Virus record (IMG/VR): IMGVR_UViG_3300007523_000006
Span: 1 to 64,000 of that record
Strand: one strand, 5' to 3'
Origin: an uncultured virus (IMG/VR IMGVR_UViG_3300007523_000006)
Lineage: Duplodnaviria > Heunggongvirae > Uroviricota > Caudoviricetes
DNA length: 64,000 nt
Under the pieces are notes generated by a model that was not told the origin of the DNA, did not search any database, and worked only from the letters and a program-made list of their open reading frames with translations. Below, one piece after another: positions 18,525-28,650 of this stretch. The position numbers and the translations under genes were made by a program. Numbering within the stretch: the first letter of the stretch is position 1; each line of letters begins with the position of its first letter.

Positions 18525-19433
18525 ATGTCAAAAACAGCCCTAGTTACTGGTGCCAGCGGGTTCGTTGGCCATCATCTTTGCAATATACTTTACAACCAAG
18601 GTTGGAAAGTTGTCGCCATAGGAACCAAAGGTGAACATAAACCTTTGTGTCATAAATTCCTCCAGTTTAACTTAGATGGTATCGCATGGGATTTAGTCCC
18701 AAAGATAGACGTTTGTTTTCATCAGGCGGCAAATAATGATACGACGGATATGGACATGGAAAATATGCTCCGGTCGAACCTGACTGCTCCGTCGAATCTA
18801 TTCTATAGTTTGGCACGAGAAAAAGGTTGCAAACAATTTGTGTATGCGTCCAGTTGTTCTGTATATGGCAACGAGGCTGTGCCATACAAAGAGAAAGAAA
18901 CACGATTAGACCCTTTGAACCCATACGCTCATTCCAAAATGTTGTTTGAGCAATTCGCTGAGAGCTTTGCCCTTGAATACAGCGTCAATCTTATTGGTCT
19001 TAGATATTCCAATGTTTATGGACCGGGAGAAAGTCACAAGGGGAAGCGATCAAGTATGATAAGCCAATTATTGCAAAAAATGCAACTAGGGGAAAGGCCA
19101 AAAATATTCAAATTAGGAGAACATTTAAGAGATTGGGTGTACATCGAAGATGTTATAAGTGCCAACATATTGGCAAGCGAATACAAATACTCAAACGTAT
19201 TCAATGTTGGTTCAGGAGAAGCCATGAGTTTCAACAACGTAGTTGCTACGTTGAATGCCGAATTGGGATCAAATCTGGAACCAGAGTATATCGACTGTCC
19301 ATTCTTAGATACCTATCAATCACACACATTGCTTGATCTAACGCACTCTAAGGCAAATTTAGGATATAACCCCGAATACGGACCAAAGGCGGGAATCAAA
19401 CGATTTGTGGAAGAAATTAGAATCGCTCCTTGA
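18525..19433 (+). CDS. hldD: ADP-L-glycero-D-manno-heptose 6-epimerase-like extended SDR
   Basis: GASGFVG, YASS, YAHSK, RYSNVYGPGESHKG..SS (HKG segment typical of HldD/RfaD). Confidence 0.75.
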   Translation: MSKTALVTGASGFVGHHLCNILYNQGWKVVAIGTKGEHKPLCHKFLQFNLDGIAWDLVPKIDVCFHQAANNDTTDMDMENMLRSNLTAPSNLFYSLAREKGCKQFVYASSCSVYGNEAVPYKEKETRLDPLNPYAHSKMLFEQFAESFALEYSVNLIGLRYSNVYGPGESHKGKRSSMISQLLQKMQLGERPKIFKLGEHLRDWVYIEDVISANILASEYKYSNVFNVGSGEAMSFNNVVATLNAELGSNLEPEYIDCPFLDTYQSHTLLDLTHSKANLGYNPEYGPKAGIKRFVEEIRIAP

Positions 19434-19603
19434 CTTCTCTTGGTCTGCCAATTGTAGAGTCTTTGTCTATCTTTTCAGAATAGCATCACATACAAAATCA
19501 ATCAAATTACAAACTTTGTATTTGCGACAGAATTCCACGACGACTAATCATAATTCAACCTAACTACAAAAAATTGTTAAATAGCGTTTTGATCCATTGA
19601 ATT

Positions 19604-19633
19604 AAAAAAAAAGTGTCATTTCTGACACTTTTT
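19604..19633. terminator. Bidirectional terminator
   Basis: AAAAAGTGTCA/TGACACTTTTT between convergent genes. Confidence 0.7.
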
Positions 19634-19651
19634 GACCCGTTTATATTGATG

Positions 19652-20620
19652 TTACAAATCGCCTATTCTGCTTTGGACAGGGAATCCTGCTTGTCCCGGC
19701 TCAGGACGAACAGCCTGAGTTAAGTTTTCAGTGTCAACTGGAGTGAACAAGTTTTCGCCATTGCCAGTGCTTTGATATTCAGTCCAACCATCGTTGTACT
19801 TCGTATCAGGTGAACTGCCAGTCATGCTCTTAACACTGTTCCACCATTTTTCGTCATCAGTAGCTTCTTTTTGCATTTTCTTCTTGGATGACTTCTTGGA
19901 GTTCTTCTTTGAGAACATTGGGCCAGCATCGCCCATGCCACCACCGACATCGCCGCCCTTGCCACCGAGCTTGATCTTAGACTTCAGGTCTTCACCTTCA
20001 TCGTCCCCTTCATCATCGCCCATATCTTCGTCGCTGTCGCCTTCTTCGTCCTCGACGCCCATATCCATATCTTGGTCATCTTCTTCAGCGTCTTCTTCAT
20101 CGTCGCTGTCGTCGTTATCAGACCACATTTTCTTCTTGGACTTCATCATCTTTTTCTTGGACTTCTTTTTAGAGAAGAGAACTGAGTTCAAGTCTTTCTT
20201 GCCCTCGTCGTCTCCTTCGTCGTCGCCCTCAGCGTCAATGTCATCGCCTTCTTCATCATCCATGTCTTCGTCGCCCATATCGGCACCACACTTGGACTTA
20301 GACTTCTTCTTGGACTTAGCACCACACATATTGCTGAACTTAGGCTTTTCGTCACCGTCATCAGCATCTACATCAACGTCCACATCTGGATCGTCTTTGT
20401 CGGACGAAGGCTCGACCATTTCGCCGTCGCCTGTTTCGTCATCATCATCGCCAAACATTTTCTTTTTGGCTTTCTTCTTTGCCATTTTCTTGGATTCTTC
20501 AAGGTCCATGCCGAAACCGGATGGAGCTTGAATTCCGAGGTTTGATGGGTTGGAAATACCAAGATTGAAACTCGGCAATACAGACTCATTCAGCGTCTTC
20601 CACTGTTTGTACGTTAGCAT
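19652..20620 (-). CDS. Low-complexity D/E- and K-block protein; candidate internal head/core protein
   Basis: MLTYKQW..LNE start, alternating acidic and KKKSKK blocks; CATATATA upstream. Confidence 0.7.
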   Translation of the reverse strand: MLTYKQWKTLNESVLPSFNLGISNPSNLGIQAPSGFGMDLEESKKMAKKKAKKKMFGDDDDETGDGEMVEPSSDKDDPDVDVDVDADDGDEKPKFSNMCGAKSKKKSKSKCGADMGDEDMDDEEGDDIDAEGDDEGDDEGKKDLNSVLFSKKKSKKKMMKSKKKMWSDNDDSDDEEDAEEDDQDMDMGVEDEEGDSDEDMGDDEGDDEGEDLKSKIKLGGKGGDVGGGMGDAGPMFSKKNSKKSSKKKMQKEATDDEKWWNSVKSMTGSSPDTKYNDGWTEYQSTGNGENLFTPVDTENLTQAVRPEPGQAGFPVQSRIGDL

Positions 20621-20659
20621 AATTATTCCTCTTTCGATCTAAACGGGTTAAATCTATAT

Positions 20660-21517
20660 ATGTCAGGCTCCAAATCTTTTCCAAAGGAACGGGAAATGAA
20701 AAAAATACTTCTCGCCTTGGCTTTCTTCGGTGCATTAGCGTATTTGTATTGGGTTTTGACAACACCGAGAATAACGCCGGTTTATCTATCCCCCACAGAT
20801 CAAATATCTAAGCAAGAAAAGCCACAGCCAATTCATGAGATTTACGATATTATCAAAGTAATCAACGATAGAAGCTCAAAGATCAAGAGCCTTTATATTG
20901 ACGAAATGCCTATTCGTCTTCAACAAGGCAACATGACCGCCAAGGTATATGGTGAGTTAGCAATGGAAAAAGAAAAGAACTTCCGATTAAAGGTGACACA
21001 CCGATTGACCGGAAAAGAGATGGATATTGGGTCAAATAAGAGTCATTTTTGGTTCTGGTCCAAACGCATGACCCCACCCTCTCTGCACTTTGCAAAGCAT
21101 GAAGACCTTGACAAAACGATGCTGCGAACCGCCCTAAATCCATCCTGGATGATGGAATCCCTCAATATAAGTCCGGTCAACACAGAAAACATTGAAATCG
21201 CCAAATTCAAAGACTTTTGGGCAACCATTCAACCCAGAACAAGTAGTACCGGCGAAAAAGTCACAGTTGTTACGTTGATCCATCCTACTCAAAAAGTAAT
21301 TGTTGGAAGATATTTGTATAATCAAGACGGAAAATTGATCGCCAGCACTGAGTATCAGGACTTTTCCAGTGCCATTCCTCGAAAGATATTTATCATCTGG
21401 TATGAGGAAGGAATAACTTTGGATTGGGATTTATCTGGAGTACAAACAAATGTGGGCATCAATACACAATTCTGGGTGATGCCCGACATGAAAAACAAAA
21501 TAGACATGGGAAAATAG
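20660..21517 (+). CDS. Membrane-anchored periplasmic protein (DIGSN..FWFW family, LolA-like fold?)
   Basis: TM anchor; motif recalled from planctomycete hypothetical proteins; likely start at MKKILL. Confidence 0.6.
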   Translation: MSGSKSFPKEREMKKILLALAFFGALAYLYWVLTTPRITPVYLSPTDQISKQEKPQPIHEIYDIIKVINDRSSKIKSLYIDEMPIRLQQGNMTAKVYGELAMEKEKNFRLKVTHRLTGKEMDIGSNKSHFWFWSKRMTPPSLHFAKHEDLDKTMLRTALNPSWMMESLNISPVNTENIEIAKFKDFWATIQPRTSSTGEKVTVVTLIHPTQKVIVGRYLYNQDGKLIASTEYQDFSSAIPRKIFIIWYEEGITLDWDLSGVQTNVGINTQFWVMPDMKNKIDMGK

Positions 21518-21751
21518 TTACTTGTTGAGTGCCTTTCTGATGGCATCTCGTCTAATCGCCTGTGTCTTGCGACGTTCGGCACTCAATCCAGCAGCATTAG
21601 TCTGCTGTGGAGGCGCTGCGGCTTGCGCACGAAGCTGAGTTGGTGTAGGACCAGCAGCTATGCCGCCTGATGTTGAACGAACAGATGTGCTAGGACGAAG
21701 AACTGGTCCGTTTCTACTTCCGCCTCTATTTTTAGTGCATCCACATGCCAT
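21518..21751 (-). CDS. Small basic protein starting MACGC
   Basis: GAGG RBS before ATG 21751. Confidence 0.65.
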   Translation of the reverse strand: MACGCTKNRGGSRNGPVLRPSTSVRSTSGGIAAGPTPTQLRAQAAAPPQQTNAAGLSAERRKTQAIRRDAIRKALNK

Positions 21752-21759
21752 AGTTGACC

Positions 21760-21945
21760 TCACATGAAATAACGTGTATTGGTTTTATAGATCGAGTTTT
21801 TTCTTTGATTTGTCTTTTGAATACGACTAATCAACCTTTGTTGCTGCTCGGTCAATGGTGGATTTGTTGCAAGATTAGTGCTTCCGCAACCACAACCTTT
21901 CGGTTTCTCTTCTGGTTTGTCGCTTGGTACTTGCAATTCATCCAT
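21760..21945 (-). CDS. Small protein with GCGCG motif
   Basis: CATAAATA 4 nt upstream of ATG. Confidence 0.6.
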   Translation of the reverse strand: MDELQVPSDKPEEKPKGCGCGSTNLATNPPLTEQQQRLISRIQKTNQRKNSIYKTNTRYFM

Positions 21946-21954
21946 ACTCTATTT

Positions 21955-23469
21955 ATGAATGAGCAACCAAAAAGGATTTCCAATATGTTTACAGAAGACG
22001 ATGTTTTGAAGTTGATTGAAAAAGCAATCGAAGCTGCATTCAAAAAGTTTAAGGCGGGATGCTATCAGGACGCCGAAATAATACTCAATCAAACCATTAA
22101 AGTCTTTCCTACAGAAATTCACGCATTGCAATTGATGGGTCTTGTAAAACACAATCTTGGCAAATTCACAGAAGCCATCGACATCTTCAACAAAACAATA
22201 GAAATTGCTCCCAACGATCCAGAAAACTATAACAACATAGGTTTGTGTTATTCAAACAATGGAAAATACGATGCTGCAATTGAAATGCTAAAAAAGGCCA
22301 TCGAACTAAATCCAACTTGCGCCTACATGCACAGCAACCTGGGGCTTCAACACAGAAACATCAATAATCTCGATTCCGCTATCGAATGTTTCCAAAAATC
22401 ACTTTCTATCGAAGAGAGTGATTTAACCTGGGGCATGTTAGGTGGATGCTACGGGGAAAAACGTCATTTAGACGACGCTGAAAGGTGTTTCAAAAAGTCG
22501 ATTGAAATCAACCCAAACTTTGCTGGTGGCCATGTAGACTTGGCAAACGTATATCACTTAAAAGGCGAGTGGGATAAGGCTTGGGAAGAATACGAATGGC
22601 GATATGAAGTATTTGAACAACTTAAAGTATGGAAAAATCTCTATGACCCAAGCAAGACATGGAATGGCGAACCACTTGATGGCAAGACTATAATCGTTCA
22701 TGGAGAACAAGGTCACGGTGATACCATTCAGTTCTTCAGATACATCCATCATTTGAAAGCTCGTGTCATATTACACTGTTCAAATGATTTGGCTTCTATT
22801 TTTGCTGGTCATGTAGATGAGATTTACACAAATGAACCTAGTGAAACTAAAACAGAACAATTGCCAGTTCACGACTACCACTGTTCTATTTTGAGTTTGC
22901 CTTATCTTCTAAAACTGAAAGCGATACCGCCTTTCTCATTGAAGATTGACAAAAGTATAAATCTTGATGGTTACTCTAATCTAATGAAGATCGGCATTGT
23001 TTGGGCGGGAAATCCACAACATCCAAACGACGCCAATCGCTCCTGCCATCTGAAACATTTTCGTGAGATTCATGATATTCCTGGCGTTAAATTGTTTAGC
23101 TTAGTCAAGGACATACGACCTCGCATCTACCGCTTTAACGCCAATCCAATTGATCTCACCGAAGAAACTGAGGACATGAAAATTGTGGATATGGCACCAA
23201 TGATGGAAACATTCAGAGACACAGCAGAAGTCATCAATTCTCTCGATTTAGTGATTACTGTAGACACATCTGTTCTGCATCTCGCCGGATCAATGGGAAA
23301 ACCGACCTGGGCCTTATTGCCGTGGACTTGTGACTGGAGATGGGGTTCAGGAGAAGAAACAATATGGTATCCGAGCGTTCGGATATTTCGCCAACCGTCC
23401 AAAGGCGATTGGCAGTCAGTATTTTCAAACATCAAAAAAGAGATTTACAATGAACAACGATTATGTTGA
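21955..23469 (+). CDS. TPR repeat + GT-B (GT9-like) glycosyltransferase
   Basis: Multiple TPRs; EQGHGDTIQF, IGIVWAGNP, LDLVITVDTSVLHLAG, DWRW, WYPS. Confidence 0.9.
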   Translation: MNEQPKRISNMFTEDDVLKLIEKAIEAAFKKFKAGCYQDAEIILNQTIKVFPTEIHALQLMGLVKHNLGKFTEAIDIFNKTIEIAPNDPENYNNIGLCYSNNGKYDAAIEMLKKAIELNPTCAYMHSNLGLQHRNINNLDSAIECFQKSLSIEESDLTWGMLGGCYGEKRHLDDAERCFKKSIEINPNFAGGHVDLANVYHLKGEWDKAWEEYEWRYEVFEQLKVWKNLYDPSKTWNGEPLDGKTIIVHGEQGHGDTIQFFRYIHHLKARVILHCSNDLASIFAGHVDEIYTNEPSETKTEQLPVHDYHCSILSLPYLLKLKAIPPFSLKIDKSINLDGYSNLMKIGIVWAGNPQHPNDANRSCHLKHFREIHDIPGVKLFSLVKDIRPRIYRFNANPIDLTEETEDMKIVDMAPMMETFRDTAEVINSLDLVITVDTSVLHLAGSMGKPTWALLPWTCDWRWGSGEETIWYPSVRIFRQPSKGDWQSVFSNIKKEIYNEQRLC

Positions 23470-23722
23470 GAAGAATTTAGTTTACCAAGATCAGGTGCAA
23501 CAAATTGCAAAGCTGGTATTTCACGCCTTCTATTATGATGAAGAAGAAAAATTCAATGCTTCATCACCTGAAGTTTACGAAAAAGAAGTCATCAGTGATT
23601 TGTTACCGATGTCAGATAAGATTTTTCAATTCTTTGGAACTGCGGACGAAGCGAAGAAAGCAATTCGCTTCCTACATACAGTAAATCCAATTAAGGCCAA
23701 GGAAATATTTGATGAACTGTAA
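23450..23722 (+). CDS. Hypothetical protein
   Basis: Coupled ORF between GT genes. Confidence 0.6.
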   Translation: MNNDYVEKNLVYQDQVQQIAKLVFHAFYYDEEEKFNASSPEVYEKEVISDLLPMSDKIFQFFGTADEAKKAIRFLHTVNPIKAKEIFDEL

Positions 23723-24557
23723 AATCTTCTACAGGATTAGCAGCAATAGCCTGTCTAAGCCAAAACTGCCTGGGGCCAACAAGCTCCGTTGCTTGGACAA
23801 CTTCATTAGCGTATTTGGTCCTGAAATAAACGTCCTGGCAGACAATTGCGATCCAGATATATTGGGCGAACTTGAACGCCGTCATTTACGCACTTTGGAC
23901 ACGGATTATGGAAACGCCCAATCGTTTTTGCATACATTGTCTGAGGTTAAATATTGTTCAGACGATACAGTGGTCTATTTTGTAGAAGATGATTACCTTC
24001 ATTTGCCGACATCTCGCACACTTCTTGAAGAAGGCATTGATTCTGGAGCCGATTACGTCAGTCTGTATGACCACCCGGACAAATATGGTCCGTTATATGA
24101 TGGAGGCGAAACATCCAAGGTATTTCGCACAGCGTCATCTCATTGGAGAACTTCCATATCCACTTGCATGACATTTGCAGCAACAGCGAGCGTGCTAAAG
24201 ACGGACATGGAAACATGGCAGAAATGGTGCCAAGGTGCAAACCCCGACGATCATGGTGCCTTTTGTGATTTGAATGCCCAAGGTCGAAAATTGGCAGTAT
24301 CCATTCCGGGGGCTGAGTGTCACACAGATTTGAACTATTCGACAATCATTGGAGAGAATTGGATCGAGCCGTGGGCAATCCAGATGATGCTAAAAAATAT
24401 AGAGCAAAGCATATACAAGTCATATGATGCCGATGCTATTGATGCAATGGAAGAAATACTTCATCACCAAAGAGAGCAACATAACGACTTGTCTAAATTG
24501 GTATTGATTTCAGAAATTGAAAGTCACAGCAAAAAGAAAAAAGCGAGTAAACTGTGA
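23709..24557 (+). CDS. GT-A fold glycosyltransferase
   Basis: GNAQSF, YFVEDDYLH, SLYDHPDKY, STCMTFA. Confidence 0.75.
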   Translation: MMNCKIFYRISSNSLSKPKLPGANKLRCLDNFISVFGPEINVLADNCDPDILGELERRHLRTLDTDYGNAQSFLHTLSEVKYCSDDTVVYFVEDDYLHLPTSRTLLEEGIDSGADYVSLYDHPDKYGPLYDGGETSKVFRTASSHWRTSISTCMTFAATASVLKTDMETWQKWCQGANPDDHGAFCDLNAQGRKLAVSIPGAECHTDLNYSTIIGENWIEPWAIQMMLKNIEQSIYKSYDADAIDAMEEILHHQREQHNDLSKLVLISEIESHSKKKKASKL

Positions 24558-24571
24558 TGTTTACTCGCTTT
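24540..24571. terminator. Terminator between convergent genes
   Basis: AAAGCGAGTAAAC/GTTTACTCGCTTT 13-bp stem. Confidence 0.7.
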
Positions 24572-24598
24572 CAGAAGTGATTTCAACAAGCTCAGTAA

Positions 24599-24943
24599 TT
24601 ACGACTGAGTGGTTGTCGATGCAGAAGACTTGCTCTTGGCCGGAGCCTTGACAGAAGTGACCTTCTTAGAAGCGGCAGACTTCTTTGCAGCTTTCTTCAG
24701 CGTTGCGGTTGCAGGAGTCGCAGTCTTGCTGCTGTCGCTGACATCAACATCAGTGAAGCCCAGAGATTTGGCTAGATTGCGTGCAGCGCCGCTGACTGCG
24801 GACTTTGTAGGGAACTGTGTGCTACCATCACTACGACGAGCCAACTTGGTTGGCTTGAGTCCAGCGATGCTGACGGTTCCTTCATAATAATCACCAGCAT
24901 CGCTCTTGCGGCTGGCTACTCGGACAGAGAGAGTGTTGCTCAT
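24599..24943 (-). CDS. Basic protein with histone H1-like K/A/S tail
   Basis: KKAAKKSAASKK tail; AAAGG RBS. Confidence 0.7.
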   Translation of the reverse strand: MSNTLSVRVASRKSDAGDYYEGTVSIAGLKPTKLARRSDGSTQFPTKSAVSGAARNLAKSLGFTDVDVSDSSKTATPATATLKKAAKKSAASKKVTSVKAPAKSKSSASTTTQS

Positions 24944-25040
24944 TCGGGTTCGTACCTTTCTTTCATGAAATAAGTCTGTATAGATTCCCAGACGTTAGGG
25001 AATTCTATATTCAACATAGTAGTCAGTCAATATCTTTCGC

Positions 25041-25739
25041 TTATTTTTTTGCTTTCAAATCATCAAAGACAAAGTTTCTCATCTTGTCCAAGCTGCACAT
25101 CTTTGGCTCGACGACCCCTGTGTTGGCAAGAGTCGGGATCAACATGCGACGATCAGCCGGTCGAAATCGCTTGCGATAAAATCCATCGACCGCATCTTTA
25201 TATTTCAAAAACAAAGAGGACATGCTCACGCCTGGAGTTGTTTCTGACAAGTTGAAAGTCGTCAAAATACTCACGATGGTTTTCATGACTTCATCTATGT
25301 GTATTTTCTTTTTGCTTTTGCCGATCCTGGAGAAGTTCAAGAACCAGAGCATGGTATCAGGATCGTATAAAAACAACGGGTTCACCAAACCGGCGTGGCA
25401 ATGAGCGTCGATATAATCCTCAATTTGAGAAATCCAGAGTTTTTGACCATTGTTGGCTTGGATATAGTTCTGAAAATAGAAGTACCCAATTATGCTCCGA
25501 AAGCTCAAAATCAAGACATCTCGGTTTCCCTTGTTGTTTAAGCCATGCCGAAGACAAAAGGAACAGTAAAAATTTCCTGGACCGGAGAGCCTATCTATAA
25601 GCGATGATTGGACACTAGCGGTTTCGCAGTTCTTTTCGCAAAAGAAGCATTTACGAAAAACTTTGTCCGATAGCTCTCCTGAAAGGGTGGCTGGGATCGG
25701 TTTGAGCCGAACTTGGCTTATAGAAAGTTTTTCAGACAT
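25041..25739 (-). CDS. Zn-finger hypothetical protein
   Basis: CFFC...CSFC. Confidence 0.7.
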   Translation of the reverse strand: MSEKLSISQVRLKPIPATLSGELSDKVFRKCFFCEKNCETASVQSSLIDRLSGPGNFYCSFCLRHGLNNKGNRDVLILSFRSIIGYFYFQNYIQANNGQKLWISQIEDYIDAHCHAGLVNPLFLYDPDTMLWFLNFSRIGKSKKKIHIDEVMKTIVSILTTFNLSETTPGVSMSSLFLKYKDAVDGFYRKRFRPADRRMLIPTLANTGVVEPKMCSLDKMRNFVFDDLKAKK

Positions 25740-25825
25740 CGTTTATTCACCGAAATTTGTAAAAGCTCGCATACATAATAAGAAGCGAGTGAACTCTACT
25801 CAATCACCAGAACGAGGAAAAAAAT

Positions 25826-26050
25826 ATGAAGACATTTATTCAATGGGCAGGCGAAGTCAAGAAAGAACTGCCTCTGTACATGCAAGACGAAAATACAAAG
25901 CGTGCTGGTATTGCACATTGGGCTTACCCGGACGCATACGTCCGTCAGCAGTATCCAGATGCTTATTTCATGCCTCACGCCGCTGATGCTCTACAGAAAA
26001 TGGGAAAACATCAGCCAAGTCGCAAGGCTCCTGCTGATAGCTCTTGGTAA
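25826..26050 (+). CDS. Small protein MKTFIQW...
   Basis: GAGG RBS; CATACATA upstream. Confidence 0.7.
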   Translation: MKTFIQWAGEVKKELPLYMQDENTKRAGIAHWAYPDAYVRQQYPDAYFMPHAADALQKMGKHQPSRKAPADSSW

Positions 26051-26124
26051 GTAACAAACCCGCTGCTACTCTGGTCTGAAAAGACAATTGAGCATTAAGG
26101 GCGGGTAGACATTTACCTTTAGTT

Positions 26125-26162
26125 AAAAAACCCCTGCCTTTATTGGCGGGGGTTTTTGTTTT
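26125..26162. terminator. Bidirectional terminator
   Basis: AAAAAACCCCTGCC/GGCGGGGGTTTTT. Confidence 0.75.
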
Positions 26163-26496
26163 AGCCCTTAACTTTGTTGATGCGGTCGTTGTGATCCTTG
26201 GCAGTAATCGACTCTTCTTCAACTGGAAGCATTTCGGGACATCTTTCCCAATAACCCCATTGATCTTCATTTTGTGGGTTTTGGAAGACCATGCCCTTCT
26301 TCCAATACTTATTCAATATTTCATCGACCCGCTCCTTGGACAACTTTGATTCCTTGGAAAGTTGAGCGGTTGATCGCCATTGCCATTTGATGCTGCGAGC
26401 CAAAGCGATAAAAAATCCTTGTTCTTCGTCGCCCTCTTTGGTGCCTTGGGGATACACTGAAGTCCATTTGGGCGGTGTCTTTGTTTTATTCTTCAT
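26161..26496 (-). CDS. Hypothetical winged-helix-like protein
   Basis: STAQLSKESKLSKERVDEIL; start re-assigned. Confidence 0.55.
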   Translation of the reverse strand: MKNKTKTPPKWTSVYPQGTKEGDEEQGFFIALARSIKWQWRSTAQLSKESKLSKERVDEILNKYWKKGMVFQNPQNEDQWGYWERCPEMLPVEEESITAKDHNDRINKVKG

Positions 26497-26601
26497 GATT
26501 GACTCCGAAAAAAATGGCGAGATTGCCATACTATAATAATGAGGTATTTGGAGAAAATCCAACCCTTTGAATTATATACTCTGCTTAAAAGGAAATGCCA
26601 A

Positions 26602-27120
26602 ATGAGAAATTCACCAAGATTGAATCGTTTTGAGAAGCGAACAATGCACGCCGAGAAGCTGAAGAACGACATGAGCGGCACAGGCGTCTACGTGTATGAG
26701 AACAATACTGAGGGTGATTTGAAGCTGCCGAAGCCGACAGATTCAGGGGTCCGTCAGATTTCTCCAAAAAACAAACCTGGATGTCGATTCCAGGGAGACA
26801 GTTACTATCTACAATGGGTTGGTTCGCCAATGAATCTACTCAAGCTGGTTGAAGAAGTGGTTCCAAAGATGACTCATGTGGAACTAATGGAACACCGAGC
26901 CAAACAAGAACAATTACTGGAGGAAGAAGCTATGGCAAATGAGCGACAACTATTGCTAGACCAACCTGATTGCATCACTCATCACGGCAAGATCGAGAGA
27001 GTGGTCACAGAACCGGGCCAGCAACCGATCAACGACAATACGGACCTTTCTCAGAAGAAACCTGCCGAGGTTCTTTTGACGGAAGACCCATTGGATGGCA
27101 TTGAGATTATCCTGGGCTAA
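26602..27120 (+). CDS. Hypothetical protein
   Basis: ORF; start uncertain. Confidence 0.65.
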   Translation: MRNSPRLNRFEKRTMHAEKLKNDMSGTGVYVYENNTEGDLKLPKPTDSGVRQISPKNKPGCRFQGDSYYLQWVGSPMNLLKLVEEVVPKMTHVELMEHRAKQEQLLEEEAMANERQLLLDQPDCITHHGKIERVVTEPGQQPINDNTDLSQKKPAEVLLTEDPLDGIEIILG

Positions 27121-27147
27121 ACCCACACGTCAATACAAACAACGACT

Positions 27148-27176
27148 ACAGCACCCGAATATCGGGTGCTGTTTTT
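27148..27176 (+). terminator. Rho-independent terminator
   Basis: ACAGCACCCGA/TCGGGTGCTGT + T-run. Confidence 0.8.
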
Positions 27177-27189
27177 ATTTACAGCCGAT

Positions 27190-27218
27190 TTTACAAGTCC
27201 CTGTCTCCGTGGTATGAT
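27190..27218 (+). promoter_or_regulatory. Promoter TTTACA-N17-TATGAT with CGTGG extended -10
   Basis: Same architecture at 33278, 58941, 60631. Confidence 0.75.
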
Positions 27219-27340
27219 CCGAATCACAGCGTGTTTTGCCAAAATATTCACGCATGAAAAATTTGACGACAGGTCGAACCAAACGATCTCGAATCTCTCT
27301 AGGCATTTGATCGGTCGTCACTCAAATCTGTGGAGCAACC

Positions 27341-28639
27341 ATGTACACTCTGTTTTTGCAGCGGGTTTTGTCGAAAAGAAGCGGCGACGATAAAATTCAG
27401 GCGCAAATCGAATACATCCTTCAGCGTGGAATGGCCGGAACCCGTGGAAAAACCTGGAAGGCCGAGCCGCATCGCCTCCCGCCCATCCAACAAGAAAGCG
27501 GCAATTGGCTATTCAAATATTGCATTACCTTTGAGAAGGTGCGTGGCGACCGGGGACAACAAGCTGAATACAGTCAGTGGGAAGAAATCAAAGCAATGCT
27601 CCAACAGACCGGAGCAATCACTCGCTTTCAGCCTTTTCCTTGGACTGTTCAAGTTGCTCCCAATGTCGCTCTTGTTGCGACTGCTGCTCCTACGGTTCAG
27701 ACAGCGGAACCCGTTGAATTAGACCCAAACGCTATTGCCACGACTCCCTTGCCGCGACCTGAAGGGTTTGAGGGTGTATTGGACGGTATGCTCACACAGA
27801 TTTTGGGCGGCGTCCGCACGGTTGGACAATTTGGTCCCGCCAAAAAATGGGACCAACTGATTGTTCCACCCGAACTATTGGGCAGAGACAGCGATGCCCA
27901 TCTTGCAGAACATCCAGCGTGGAAGAACCTCTATGGAGTCAACCCTCAGACTCGCATCATCCTGAGCAACATCAAGCGAGCGCACGAAACGAACGGCGAA
28001 AGTCGTAATCATGGCGTATTGTTCGGTCATGCCGGTTGTGGGAAAACAACTACGATGTTTGCATTGGAAAGTATGTTTGGTGCTGACGCCGTATTGAAGC
28101 TAGATGCAACCAGCACAACCAAAGCTGGTCTGGAGAAGATGTTCTTCAACGACCTGAACGAAATCCCGCCGTTGGTGTTCATGGAAGAGGCTGAAAAGGC
28201 CGATCCTGAAGCCCTGAAAATTTGGCTTGGCGCTCTCGACGACCGTGGAGAAATTCGTAAGGTCAACTTTCGAGTCAACCAACTTCGGTCGGTCAAGGTA
28301 TTGTTCCTCTGCTCTGTCAACAACAAAGCCGCATTCGACAAGATGATGGGAAGTGACGGAACGGAAGCTGGCGCTCTATCCAGCCGGTGTGTGACTCAGG
28401 TGTATTACCCCCGTCCAAGCAAAACTGTATTGCTCCAAATTCTTGATAAAGAAGTTCGAGAAAAGGGTGGTCGCCAAGAATGGATTACTCCCGCAATTCA
28501 ACTTGCCACTGAAATGGGCATCACTGATCCTCGTATTGTTCGCAGCTACCTTGCTGGTGGGGACCGATTGCTCGATGGAACCTACCAGCGTGACTGGCAG
28601 GCGATTCATCAGGCTCAAAATACCTTCAACAAAGCGTAA
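27341..28639 (+). CDS. AAA+ ATPase with N-terminal extension
   Basis: Walker A GHAGCGKT, Walker B VFMEE, ALSSR arginine finger. Confidence 0.85.
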   Translation: MYTLFLQRVLSKRSGDDKIQAQIEYILQRGMAGTRGKTWKAEPHRLPPIQQESGNWLFKYCITFEKVRGDRGQQAEYSQWEEIKAMLQQTGAITRFQPFPWTVQVAPNVALVATAAPTVQTAEPVELDPNAIATTPLPRPEGFEGVLDGMLTQILGGVRTVGQFGPAKKWDQLIVPPELLGRDSDAHLAEHPAWKNLYGVNPQTRIILSNIKRAHETNGESRNHGVLFGHAGCGKTTTMFALESMFGADAVLKLDATSTTKAGLEKMFFNDLNEIPPLVFMEEAEKADPEALKIWLGALDDRGEIRKVNFRVNQLRSVKVLFLCSVNNKAAFDKMMGSDGTEAGALSSRCVTQVYYPRPSKTVLLQILDKEVREKGGRQEWITPAIQLATEMGITDPRIVRSYLAGGDRLLDGTYQRDWQAIHQAQNTFNKA

Positions 28640-28650
28640 GCAACTTAGTT

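Noticed and set aside
19434..19600. Possible decayed small gene on minus strand
   Set aside because: Only short stop-interrupted fragments; no recognisable family
19794..20531. 245-aa Ser-rich ORF on plus strand
   Set aside because: Antisense shadow of the D/E/K-rich gene
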